Origin: Macrostomum lignano
Taxonomy: Eukaryota
Assembly (NCBI GenBank): GCA_002269645.1
Contig: NIVC01001366.1
Location: 21,156-85,155 of the forward strand
DNA length: 64,000 nt
Direction: 5' to 3'
The notes beneath the pieces were generated by a model. The model did not search any database, was not told the origin of the DNA, and saw only the letters and a list, made by a program, of their open reading frames with translations. Of this stretch, positions 34,901-47,480 are shown piece by piece (positions within the stretch are counted from its first letter, which is position 1; each line of letters starts with the position of its first letter). A program made the translations under genes and the position numbers.

Positions 34901-37021
34901 ATAATACTTTTGTCTAATACATAGCCATAAGCCCATAGGCCTACTAGGCCTAGCCTATTTAATAAATATTTGTTTAAAAGATTATAAATTATAATATCTA
35001 TTCCAATCATTTGTTAAAACATGTTTATTAGGTCTATAGCCTAAAAGCCTATATTGAGTCCTAGGCCTATCATAAATTACAAAAATACCAAGGTCCAAAT
35101 AAAAGCATTTTCTTACAAAAAATATTGTATAAATAAAAAAATTATATTAGGTTTAAAATGTTAGGGTCTAGTGCCCTAGTCGAGGTCTAGGCCTAATGAA
35201 TTCTTAAGCTCTTTATAGTCTTAGGCTCTTATTAGACATAAGGTATTTAACAAGTAGGCCTAGGCCTATGGCTAAAGCCTTTGAAACTAGGCTAGCCTAT
35301 AAATAGTATAATTTACCTTTATAATTATAGCTATAGGCCTAGGCTATAAAGAATGCCCCATCCTAAAATGCACAATTTCCCATGCCCTGGTTGTTGGCTT
35401 TAAGCTAAATATGAGGCTAGTCGATTTAAATTAGACCCCTAAAGCTAAACCAAGAATGTCATGACTCAATCAGGCTAAAATTTAAAATTAGGCTAGCATT
35501 ATCAAACAAAAGCCCCCAAACCCAAAGATATAAAATTATATTATCCTATCAAAAATGCCACTATTTTTATTAACCTAAAGTTCAAGAAGTTCATTGACAT
35601 CAAAGTATCATAGACACTACTTCACAAGGTATCTTGACAAGTAAAGCAAAAACTTATAAGATTGACCTTCATATGTTATCTAACCTTTAAATTAAACTAA
35701 TCAATACTAGACTCACAAGTCACAACAATCGTAAATATTTTCAACATAGGTAATAAATATACGTAATATGTTATTGTTTTAATATGCTTTTTGTTCTCAT
35801 TGCTGAATGCAGAAAGACAAACCCATATGGCAAAGCAACATTACATACATTACAGCTTTTGCTTGACGGAGGTATCTTTTTCCGGTTTATTTCAGAAAGT
35901 TCATTTTAAACAAATTTCACTGTCACTATTAAAATTTTTTACATTATTCTAAATATAAACGCTCATCGAACAAAAAATAAATATAAAAAATAATTTAATA
36001 ATTAAATACACTTTCTTGTAGATAAGCAATTATCGTGTTACCAAAAAACGTTAAAAACGCTGAAGCAGTCCTGCTTTGAGCGCTTGAGCTCGGGTATCGA
36101 ATCATTTCCCTACATGCCAATATAATATAAATTGCTAACCAGTGATATCAGGAATATTTTCTATCATCAAAAACGAAATTCTTTTAGCCTGTGCAATCAC
36201 AGAAAATGTTGCATATATGCACGCTATGCCAATAGCTGGGAGCTAGGATTGATTAGACAACAGACCATCAAGACCATTTTTGTGGAGACCCTCTTCGGGT
36301 CATAAATTAAGGGGTGCAGCAGTCGGCGGTTTGTTGGTGTAGTATGGGTTGGGAGGTCTGTTTTTCGCTTTCGCTAATTGCAGGGCAATTTTACAAGTTT
36401 TAGCCAAAATACTGACAGTAATTTCGGGCCCTATCAGAGTTCGACAGCTGCCTTTATTATACAATATCCAAAAGAGAAATACGCTCGTACTCAGTACCGG
36501 GCCTCAATAGCAAATTGCGCAGACTCCAGTATTTAGACGGGGACCCAGTTAATTTACAGTAAACAATCCAGAATGCAATTGTCCAGAGGCTTCATATTAT
36601 GGTACGGGAAAAAGTAATATAGAGCCCAATAATAATAAATAATAATAATAACAATGATAATCATATAATCATAATATGCTATGGCAATATCTTTCACGTC
36701 CTTACTTCCAAATCCGAGGCGCTGTCTCCCTATCAATCCAAGCAGTAACTTTTTGTCTGAATAGAATAATCAATCAAGTGTTTAAGTAGTGTACCAATGG
36801 AGCGTTAAATCGATTTCGTCAATTATTGTTCAATAGTTGTGATGCGTTAAAATCAGAAGAATTATTGTTTTTTTCGATAAGATAGCTCCTAAAAACTAGC
36901 GAAATATCATAAAAACACTAGCGATATATTAGATCGTCATTGAGCTCGGTTAAGCAGCTAAAATTGTTTTTGTCTTTAGTTAAATTTTCAACAGGCAGGT
37001 CTGCTGCGGGCTTCAATCTGG

Positions 37022-37964
37022 TCAGTAGCCTGAAAATATCGGGTGCCGCAGCAGTTCCCGCACCGGAGGACGCCTTCCTGGGTCCAAGGCTGTGCAGCTG
37101 CTGTAGAAATCTGACAGCTGCTCAGAACAATTGACAGGCAGTCCCGGAGCTCCGCTACCAGTGACAGTACCGGAAAATGGCACGGCACCGCTGATCATCT
37201 GGTAGACTGTGATGCCGAGGGCCCACACATCGGACTTTACGCTGAAGCGAGCACCAGTGAACACTTCGGGGGCCATAAACGGTAGAGTGCCGCAGGCGTT
37301 GGTGCAGGTCATGAGTATATCAGTAGCCTGCATTCCCCTTTTCATTTCCATGTTTAGTTTGATAGAGAGGCCGAAGTCAATGATCTTCACAATGCCTTCC
37401 CGAGTCACCATGATGTTCTCGCCCTTGAGATCGCGATGCAGCACCGGGGGGTTCCGGGTGTGCAAGTACAGGAGGCCCTTGCAGATCTGAATTTAGGAAT
37501 AATAAAGTTGCTTCATTAAAAATCAGCATAGCTTATATATACTTCCTAAATTTGTTAATAAAACAAGACTGGTATGGTTAGTTAATTTTCAGGTTACTGC
37601 ACAGGACTGAGACTATTGCTTCACCATTTCAAATACTCACTTGATGCAAGAAGCCGACAGTCCTTTGCTCGTCGAGTTTTCCTAGCCGTGACAGGTCGCT
37701 ACCCTCAATCAACTCGGTAAACACAACCAGCTTGTTGCCCTGATGCTTTGCGGTAACGAAGCAAACGATATTGGGATGGTCCAGCTGCCGAAGAGTTGAT
37801 ACTTCATTCTGGACCTCTCTCTGGCTGTCTGCACTCATCGCGCTGGTCTCAATGTACTTGGCAGCCAATATTGAGCCGGTGTCAGTGCACACTTTCCACA
37901 CCTCTCCGAAGCCACCACTTCCAAGAATGCTGATGTCTGTCCAGCTTTGAAAATTGTCAGACAT
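37022..37964 (-). CDS. Kinase-domain-only Ser/Thr protein kinase (STE/MAP3K-like), 2 exons, ~262 aa
   Basis: Exons 37964-37641 and 37486-37022. All catalytic motifs are intact: GSGGFGEV, AAK, E in helix C, HPNIV, HRDLKGEN, DFG, GTLPFMAPE, SDVWALG and R in subdomain XI. Confidence 0.88.
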
Positions 37965-38823
37965 ATTGTTAAGTTTTTCGTTGGGATTGAAACCTGACAA
38001 CAGTAAAGAAGAAAATGAAGAGCCTGAGTGCACGCGGAATTCCGGCAGTTTTTCATTGTTATCTCTTTTATACTGTGGGAAAGAATCTGTACTGAAAGCG
38101 AACTGAGCTTGTACAGCTACATGTCAATTGTACTGTCTCTGGCAGTGCATCAAGATTATTTAGTTGAAAGAAAGAGAACTATACCTGGGTTTCAAAACAT
38201 GTGTACATTCTCTCTACCCCAAGCAGTCCAGCAAAATGCCAGTGTCGCTATAGAAAATTTGTTCTCATAAAAGGGAACTTCCTCGGTTAGGTGTACTCAA
38301 TAATTTCCTGGAAACCGCTCAATTGAGCTGAATATGCATAGACATATTGCTGTACCTTGAAAACACCCAGAACAAAAGGGAACTTCCAACTAGTCGCTTT
38401 GAAACCGAAAGTAGGAGTACAAGTCTTCCATGCATAAAGCATTTTTGCTCGGAATCTAGCTGAGCAGCCACAGCGAATTTAGCTACAATAAATGACTCCC
38501 ATGACACACTCGATGCCAGAGACCGATTCCTAAACAAATCCCTAAATGTGGAAAATTACGTTTGCGAGGTAGGATCTGCCAAGATGATGCTGAGGTATTA
38601 CTAAGAGGACTGGGGAACATCTAAAATTGAAGTACATAGCGATCGGTACGAGTATATTCTAAGATTCCCCGAAGTTCTAAAAGAGAGTCCCTTAGAAAAA
38701 GTGCTCGTAAAAGCTACTCTTACTTATCAAATTTCCCTAGCAATAAAAGGAATCATAAAATGGGCGCAACTATATGTACTTAAATTCATACTTTACACCC
38801 ATTTGACACCCATTTACACCCAT

Positions 38824-39066
38824 CGGAGACCCCAGCTGGCAGGCCACATCATCCGCGCCGAGTCGTACTGCCCAGAGCCGGTGCAGGAGGTGCTGCTGCT
38901 GACGCTGCAGGCACCCTACCGGCGGGGGCAGGCGCGCACTCGGCGTTTCGTCGACTGCCTGCTGGCTGACGCCGGCGCCCCGGATTTGGCTGACGGCGTG
39001 GCGTTCGTTCGCGACCTGGCCTTGAAGCGCACCCTGTGACGCTAACTGCGTATTCTGTTGTTGTTG
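38824..39066 (+). mobile_element. 5'-truncated non-LTR retrotransposon 3' end (RTE-like)
   Basis: ORF2 C-terminus RRPQLAGHIIR...RRGQARTRRFVDCLLADAG followed by a (TTG)n tail. Flanked by a near-identical 11-bp TSD tttacac(c/t)cat (38813-23, 39067-77). Confidence 0.75.
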
Positions 39067-39832
39067 TTTACACTCATAGGATATTTTTAGCGAAAATTAG
39101 ACTCGTTTGAGCTGGAAGATCTGGAAAGGTCTATAGCTAAAGTGCTCAAAATCACCAGACGTTTTTGCGTATTTTAAATTAAAGAGCTGCTCTAACGCCA
39201 GCAAATTTGCAGAGCATAACTAATAGGTAGAACATAAACTAAGAACGGTCTCGAATAGAGACGAGAAAACTGCGGTATCTTGCGTCAGAACCCGTCTACC
39301 ATTATTGTCCACAAATGGAGAGCGGACATGCATGTATTGAAGCGTGCTGTGCTGGAGATGTTCTCAGTGACACTGATTCACTCTAGTGCCCCTGCTCGGC
39401 TGGGATGTATTTAGATTCCGGCACAGACACGTAAATCTATGTAAAGCAGGATGATGCCAGACAGACTCAGTGTAAAGCCGCCGCTGTCATCTCTGTCCAG
39501 AACTCTTTTACCGTCAGAACACTTACAGAAGCCGATCCTGTGCCAAGCTGGTGCGTATGGAGAGATGGGTTTGAGGAGAGGACTGCCTGTTCTGCGTGCT
39601 CCATTGTTGCCTGTCAGGTACTGAAACAAACTGGATTGACTGGAGAGCTCAGAGGGACTCAGTTGGGATCTCTTACCATGTCCGTTGTGTGCCGTACATT
39701 GTACGTGTACGTTGGTGATAGATTGCTGATCAACCTGCTATTCGAGCGAGTCTGTCAGAGTTTAACTCTCGGCTTCGTACAGCGAACACCACCTGATACA
39801 GTGCGGTCCCTCGGTGGCCAAGTGAGGCCTCG

Positions 39833-40813
39833 GAGTGCAGGTAGGGATTCGGACTGCAGGTAGGGATTCGGACTGCAGGTAGGGATTCGGACTGCAGGTA
39901 GGGATTCGGACTGCAGGTAGGGATTCGGACTGCAGGTAAGGCATCGGACTGCAGGTAAGGCATCGGACTGCAGGTAAGGCATCGGACTGCAGGTAAGGCA
40001 TCGGACTGCAGGTAGGGATTCGGACTGAAGGTAGGGATTCGGACTGAAGGTAGGGATTCGGACTGCAGGTAAGGCATCGGACTGCAGGTAAGGCATCGGA
40101 CTGCAGGTAAGGCATCGGACTGCAGGTAAGGCATCGGACTGCAGGTAAGGCATCGGACTGCAGGTAAGGCATCGGACTGCAGGTAAGGCATCGGGCTGCA
40201 GGTAGGGATTCGGACTGAAGGTAGGGATTCGGACTGCAGGTAGGGATTCGGACTGCAGGTAGGGATTTGGACTGCAGGTAAGGCATCGGACTGCAGGTAA
40301 GGCATCGGACTGCAGGTAAGGCATCGGACTGCAGGTAAGGCATCGGGCTGCAGGTAAGGCATCGGACTGCAGGTAAGGCATCGGACTGCAGGTAAGGCAT
40401 CGGGCTGCAGGTAAGGCATCGGACTGCAGGTAAGGCATCGGACTGCAGGTAAGGCATCGGACTGCAGGTAGGGATTCGGACTGAAGGTAGGGATTCGGAC
40501 TGAAGGTAGGGATTCGGACTGCAGGTAGGGATTCGGACTGCAGGTAAGGCATCGGACTGCAGGTAAGGCATCGGACTGCAGGTAAGGCATCGGACTGCAG
40601 GTAAGGCATCGGACTGCAGGTAAGGCATCGGACTGCAGGTAAGGCATCGGACTGCAGGTAGGGATTCGGACTGAAGGTAGGGATTCGGACTGCAGGTAGG
40701 GATTCGGACTGCAGGTAAGGCATCGGACTGCAGGTAAGGCATCGGACTGCAGGTAAGGCATCGGACTGCAGGTAAGGCATCGGACTGCAGGTAAGGCATC
40801 GGACTGCAGGTAG
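39833..40813 (+). repeat. 19-bp minisatellite whose units carry CAG|GTAAG or CAG|GTAGG splice-donor consensus
   Basis: Units cggactgcaggtaaggcat and cggactgcaggtagggatt, about 50 copies. The array begins at ...ggagtgcag|gtaggg (39839/39840). Confidence 0.9.
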
Positions 40814-40854
40814 GGCCTTGGACGGCAGAATGGAACCTCCGCGTCATTCACAGA

Positions 40855-43800
40855 ATGGAAGGCAGCCCAGACAAGCAGATCCTCGCGGACGACGGGAAAC
40901 AGACCGCCGAGGTAGACGAACCGCTGACATTGCGGAAGTTCCCTCAGCTTTTCGTTAGTGGCTTTTGGCTCAAAAATGCAGCGAAACCAAAAGACCAAAC
41001 TAAACCAAACAAACCAAGCCTGAAATATTTCAGAAGAAATGAAGAGAGTTCACTTTTCACCTACGTCAGCGTACCAGCATACCCAATGTGCACACACCAG
41101 ACATTTACCCCTGCATGCGTTGAAATTATACCAATTTCCGTACCAAAGTAGGTGTTGGGACTCAAGTTTTAAACCAAATTTAAGGACAAATTCGTTTATA
41201 ACAAAAGCGCATTTCAATTAGACAAAGAAATTATCACAATCTTAATATTACGCTCGTATTTAGAGTAAAGAAAGAAAATTATCTGAGCATGGTCAAGGAA
41301 TAAAAAGAATTAGTTTAAATGCGTCAAATTTCCGTGAGTACCGCAAAAACGCACCGTTTTAAAAACTGCTTTGGCTTCGAACAATGGAAAGCTTGCTTTA
41401 TCTTATTTTCAGTTCGGGAGTTTCTGAGTTGTGCATGCGCGAACAGAAAGAATTGAGACTTGAAAAAAGGTTGAGTTTTTTCGAAGTTTTAATACTAATA
41501 ATTTAATTATTGATTACACCTGACCCAATGGGTAGCTGTGCAACCGACAGCTCAGCCGCAGCTATTGCGTCTATTTATTTATTATTCCATTATTCATTTA
41601 TTTATTTGAAGTTTTGTACATCCATAGCTGTAGCTCGTACAGAATTTATTTCTTTTGCGGTAAAATTTTGACCGCTAATTTGATTGTTCTATTCGCTTTT
41701 AAACATTGAACTATGCGTTGTTCGACGAATATCGTATCATGAACGAGAGTTAGCTATATCCAACATGTAATCGACAGCTTGAATCTAGCAGAATATGCGA
41801 CGATACTTGATTGAAATTCATAGGGCTCAGGGCTGTAACTTTTGCATACTAAAAATTAATTAATATACTAGATGAGATATAATTAAAACTCGCCTATATT
41901 GTCTGTTGTGTTCATCTTCTATATTTCTGTTGCCGCAATCTTTATGTTCCTTTGACTAAGGCTTATCATTTTTATCAATAAGCAGTCAAATATGCTAATA
42001 GAATTCATATGCGATTTGTTATTGAAATGGCAAACATTTTCATAAATCTATTGAAACTGTTAAAGCATCCTTCATAGCCCTGGCAATTGCTTAACTTTGC
42101 AGGAGGCTGAAACGCCACCTGACGCGGAGGCTGAAGCACAGCCTGAAGCGGAGGCTGAAGCACCACCTGAAGCGGAGGCTGAAGCATCGCCTGAAGCGGA
42201 GGCTGAAGCACCGCCTGAAGCGGAGGCTGGAGCACCGCCTGAAGCGGAGGCTGGAGCACCGCCTGAAGCGGAGGCTGAAACACCACCTGAAGCGAAGGCT
42301 GAAGCATCGCCTGAAGCGGAGGCTGAAGCCCCGCCTGAAGCGGAGGCTGGAGCACCGCCTGAAGCGGAGGCTGAAACACCACCTGAAGTGGAGGCTGAAG
42401 CCCCGCCTGAAGCGGAGGCTGGAGCACCGCCTGAAGCGGAGGCTGAAACACCACCTGAAGCGGAGGCTGAAGCACCACCTGAAGCGGAGGCTGGAGCACC
42501 ACCTGAAGCGGAGGCTGAAGCACCGCCTGAAGCGGAGGCTGAAGCACCACCTGAAGCGGAGGCTGAAGCACCACCTGAAGCGGAGGCTGGAGCACCACCT
42601 GAAGCGGAGGCTGGAGCACCACCTGAAGCGGAGGCTGAAGCACCGCCTGAAGCGGAGGCTGAAGCACCACCTGAAGCGGAGGCCAGCCCAGCAAGGTCGG
42701 TGTTGACTGGAGTGCTGCTGGACGTGTCGGGGTCGATGAAAGAAATCGTCAGCTCGGAGAAGGCTGCCGAGGCAGTGGGATACGTAGTTCGCGACAAGTG
42801 GATTCGCTCCATCTTCAGAGTTGCTGATCAGCTGATCGAGAAAGACGCACCGGAGGGGAGCCGCGTGTTTGCGATCGGCGTTGGAGCCAAGGATGAAGCG
42901 GAAGGCATTCCGCAGTCCCCAGCGGTCTTTGACATTCTCGCTTCGCTCGATGAAAGGAGAGCTGAAATCGAAGCCATCCGGGTGAGAATGCAGCGGGTGC
43001 GCGAACTGTGGCGGAGTTACCCCGGAAAGGTTGAAGTATTTGATGAAGCATTCTCCATACTAGAAAACGAAGGTGCGAAAGAAATCCGATTCTGGGGCAG
43101 AATGGACATCATCCACAAAGCTGTGGATCTCCACGTTGCATATCAGATTCTTGACCATCTCAAGACGGACGAAGACTTTCGGCATAAAATGGCCAAGGAA
43201 TTTCTTCCAGACGAATGTAGAAAACCTTCTAATAACGCGAGGAAAACCATAGCAGAATTTAATAGGCCTCCGAGTGTCTCAGATGAAGTGAAAAAAGCTG
43301 CTACAACAAATGCTGCGAAAGGTGTGATTGAGAAATGCAAAGTGTATTTAAAGAAGAGCCTTATTGACGAAGCCATTAAGCTTTTGGAGCAAAACGGAGC
43401 TCCCGATCTGAGTTCAGAACTCATGGAAATTGACATTGGCGAGATGGTCGACTTTGACACTGCCGCTTCAATTCTGAATCGACTTCGAAAGATTACAGAA
43501 TTTTTGGAAAAGGCTACCAACAAACTGATTCCTGAAGAATGTAAGAGACGTAAAAAATTGCAAGAATTCTCTGAGCAGAAAATTCAAAGCAATGTCAGAG
43601 AAAGAGCTGCACCAGCTCCAACATGGGCCACACTAGTGCTAATGCCAGCAGCTGCACCAGCTCCAACATTGGGCACACTAATGCAAATGCCAATAGCTGC
43701 ACCAGCTCCAACATTGGGCACACTAATGCAAATGCCAATAGCTGCAGCAGCAGTAAGAGGAGGAGTCCGTTGGATAATGCGGAAGTTAAGAGATGGAGGA

Positions 43801-45984
43801 CCGGCAGTTGAGGACATTGATTTTCACGATCTCTGCGAGTTTCATGAACACTTACGATCTTGTTCTCAGATTCCTATTACAGAAGAAGTGAAGATTTCCC
43901 TTATAAAAGAAGTGAAGACCGCGGCAACGAGTATGGCTGTACATAGAACCATTAAAGAACTCAAAAGGCTTGCGCAAAATGAATTGGATCATGAGCACAG
44001 GCAGGGACTACTTGCAGACATTGTAAAGGAAGCTATATTAATACTCGAAAAAAATGGTCCGCTAAAGCTGAGCGACAAGCTTGAAGAAATCGACTTTCAA
44101 AATTTGGTAACTCTGGATGCCGCCAAACAGATTTACAAGGCGCTCAATACCAATAATGACTTCCTGAAGAGTGTCGTGAACGAGTTCATTCCCGAGGAAT
44201 GTAAGAATCGCGACTCAGAAATGGCCAAGAGGGGATGGACCAAAGCCGAAATTGGAGCAACGGTAGGTAAAGTTGCATGCCTAGCCGGCGGTATGTTAAC
44301 CGGTGGAGTAGCAGCTGTGCCAATCGCAGTTGGAGCCGCCGCTGTTGTTCAATGTGCAGAGAAATCTACGGACAATCGTGTGAGCGAAGCCACAGAGGAG
44401 TCCGTCAGGGAAGTCGTACAGAAGTGCAGAGACTATATTAAAAAGAAATGGGAAAATCAGTTTCCACCTAAACAACTTCTTCACATGTCGCAAAAGTCCG
44501 TATTCAGTGCAAAGGAAGCCAAAACTATTCTGCGCTCCTGCGCCGATGGCGAGACGGAGCTGACGGATCAGGACATCGACGAGCTGGTGGAAGCCTTGGA
44601 GCCCTACATTTACGGAGGAACCCCGCTGATGGAGGCAATGTACAACTCGATTGATCTTTTTAAACGCCATGTCTGTAAAACACGAAAGAACGATAAACTT
44701 TTATTCGTTTTATCCGACGGCAAACATGCCGATTTAAAAAGGTTCGACCAGAAAGCTCTGTTGAAGCAACTTCAGGACGCAGAGGTCACAATTGTATCCT
44801 GCTACATTACAAAGACAGACATGCGTGAACCGCGTCGCCTCTACAGCTCGGATTGCGAGGAGTGGGAAAAAGCAGCGAAATTTATGTTCCACATGGCTTC
44901 GACAGTCTCCACCCAGAAGGTCCCCAGAACCCTGTTTACCCGAAAGGGCTGGACAATCGACACCGACAACAATGAGACCCGACTGTTCTTCCAGATCAAT
45001 CACCCCGACCTCATCGATGAGGTCTGCGACATCGCCAAGAGCTGCGTGTGCTCGCAGGACGCGCTGTCGGACGTGCTGGCCGACGTGGACCTCGACCTGT
45101 ACATCAACAGGGCCAACGAGGGCTTCGAGCCGCAGCGACAGTCGGAGCTCACCTGCTTTGCAGTCGCGTCGGCGACCGTCATGCACCTGAGCATGCTCAG
45201 GGTTGTGGGTCGGGACGGCGGATATCCGAACTTCTTCCAGCTCAGAGACGAGATCGTCGCTCAGTTCGGACAGCGCAGAGCCCGCACAGTCGAGGTGCTG
45301 CGGACAGTGTGTCCGGAGTACCGGCTGCAGTGCAAGGAGGTCGATGAGAGAGCCGCGCTGGACGCCGTCATCGCCAAGCAGCCAGTCGTGGCGAGGTTCC
45401 ACCTCACTAAGAGCGAGTGGGGCAGCTTCAAGCAGTTCTTCAAGCAGAATCCCGAAGGCATTCCCACAAAGTCGGAAATCGACATCAGCCAAAGACCCGT
45501 TGCACAGAAGACTTTCGGACACGCGGTGGTGCTGATGAGCTTCGACAGACACAGCCTGAGGCTGATGAACTCGTGGGGCTCCGGCTGGGGCGACGGCGGC
45601 TTCTTCAGAGTGCAGAGCGCAGCCGTGCTCAGGATGAAGTTCATCGATGTGTTCTGGACCGAGGAGCAGCTGACTGAGGCCGAGAGAGCCGCCTTCAAAG
45701 AGCGCGGACCGGGCGTCGCTGAAAAGCTGTTCGCCTCACTGAAGGGTCTGCAGACATGCAAGTACAGGTGCCCGCTGTGCAAAAGGGAGTCCCTGGTGTC
45801 GGAGTTCTCGGGACACACGCTGGAGGCCAGGTGTCCCAGGTGTTTGGGCAGCTTCAATGCGAACCTGGCGGGCAGCGACCTGGCGCTGAACCTGTACCTC
45901 ACCTCGCTGCTGCCCAGGAAAACTCCAGAGCAACCTACTCACAACACGCCCACAGGTGAACAGGAAAACCGTGAGCTTAAGTGA
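40855..45984 (+). CDS. ~1310-aa protein: (PPEAEAEA)n acidic spacer, split VWA domain with a large helical-repeat insertion, papain-like (C1/CA clan) cysteine protease and CxxC...CxxC Zn ribbon
   Basis: Predicted exon 1 40855-40911 (MEGSPDKQILADDGKQTAE|GTAGAC) is spliced in phase 0 to exon 2 42103-45984 (acceptor taactttgcag). MIDAS DVSGS at 42721, GGTPL at 44614 and LSDG at 44710. Protease Q/C at 45139/45154, GHAVV at 45517 and MNSWG at 45565. Confidence 0.8.
42103..42684 (+). repeat. Coding 24-bp repeat (PPEAEA(E/G)A) x~24
   Basis: Unit ccacctgaagcggaggctgaagca, in frame with the downstream VWA motif. Confidence 0.85.
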
Positions 45985-47054
45985 TGAAAAGATAAACTTT
46001 CGTTTCATGACAACTACTCTGTGAGTGCGTCATGTACTTTTGTTACCCGTACACTTTTTATTGATTATTGAACTTAAATTTTCCTTTTTTTTCTTTTTGC
46101 ACTCGGATTTCATTTTATAATTGCTGCGAATGGGTTTAGTTGGAGCAGCGTTGCTAAAGCCTCTGGAATGCTCAAAGCTGCTGCATCTGTTTTATCACAG
46201 TGCTCAGTAGTGAGCTTTCAGTTTTTTGTACAGTTAATTCTTCACTTTTTTAAGCAACTCGTAACGTTACTACGAGCAAGGTTGACTGAAATCGCTGAAA
46301 ATTGGCTGCCAGTGCACACATTAACAATAACATTTATATGCTTAGCTTCTAACCCTTACTGCTGCTGAAGTCTGAGAGATATATGCTTCCATTATTATCA
46401 CACAGAATTTTAGTTTCTTGGCTGTGTCTGCACTAAGTTTTCGTTTTTTTCATCCCCTCCAGGAGCCGCTGCTAGCCATGCAGCCCGAAGTTCATTTTGG
46501 TGTTGATGTTTTTTCAAGACAGCCAATTGTGCAGCTGCCACATAGCTCATATTATTGTGTTTTGCTCTAAAAAAGAATAGACGCCCTGGCAATTAACTGA
46601 ACAATAGTGGCTCACTCTGTCTGTCAGTGGCGCCGCAGGGGCTGAGCTTGAATCATATGTCCGTAGACAGACCGAAATTTGCAGTATTCGGGCAGAAAAT
46701 GCGGTGAGACAGTGGCACCTGTTCAGAAGTGTCTCGCTAGGTGCCGACCATCTTTTCCAACATCACAGCTTTACTGAGCCGGAAAAATCGGCTTGGACAA
46801 CAGTAAGCGCATGGCTGAAAATATATTGTTTTGCTGAGCACTGAGGTGAAAATTATTGTCAGCTGCTCATTTCTACCCCCCCCCCTGCTCATTCCCTGCA
46901 CTCAACGTAATTGAATTGTTTTGATAACTCAAATAATATTTTGCGGTTGGCTGTGCTGTGTTTATAAGTATTTGGCTATTTGGATACTTTTTTATACGGT
47001 GGCCATGGCAAATTAATTTTATATTCCGTCTGCATCCATGTGCAGACTCAGACT

Positions 47055-47480
47055 TTCACCTGCCCAGTTTACCTACTCAGTTCACCTGCTCAGTTTACCT
47101 ACTCAGTTTACCTGCCCAGTTTACCTACTCAATCTACTCAGTTCATCTGCTCAGTTTACCTACTCAGTTCACATACTCAGTTCACCTACTCAGTTCACCT
47201 ACTCAGTTCACCTACTCAGTTCACCTACTAGTTCACCTACTCAGTTCATCTGCTCAGTTCACCTGCCCAGTTTACCTACTCAGTTCACCTGCTCAGTTTA
47301 CCTACTCAGTTTACCTACTCAGTTTACCTACTCAGTTCACCTACTCAGTTTACCTACTCAGTTTACCTACTCAGCTTACCTACTCAGTTTACCTACTCAG
47401 CTTACCTACTCAGTTTACCTACTCAGTTTACCTACTCAGCTTACCTACTCAGTTCACCTACTCAGTTTACTTACTCGGTT
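47055..47480. repeat. 14-bp minisatellite
   Basis: Unit ctcagtt(t/c)acctac, about 30 copies. Confidence 0.9.

Noticed and set aside
39730-40998. 340-420 aa minus-strand ORFs with PYLQSDALPAVRC repeats
   Set aside because: Artefacts of the 19-bp array, which gives period-3-unit peptide repeats in all three frames.
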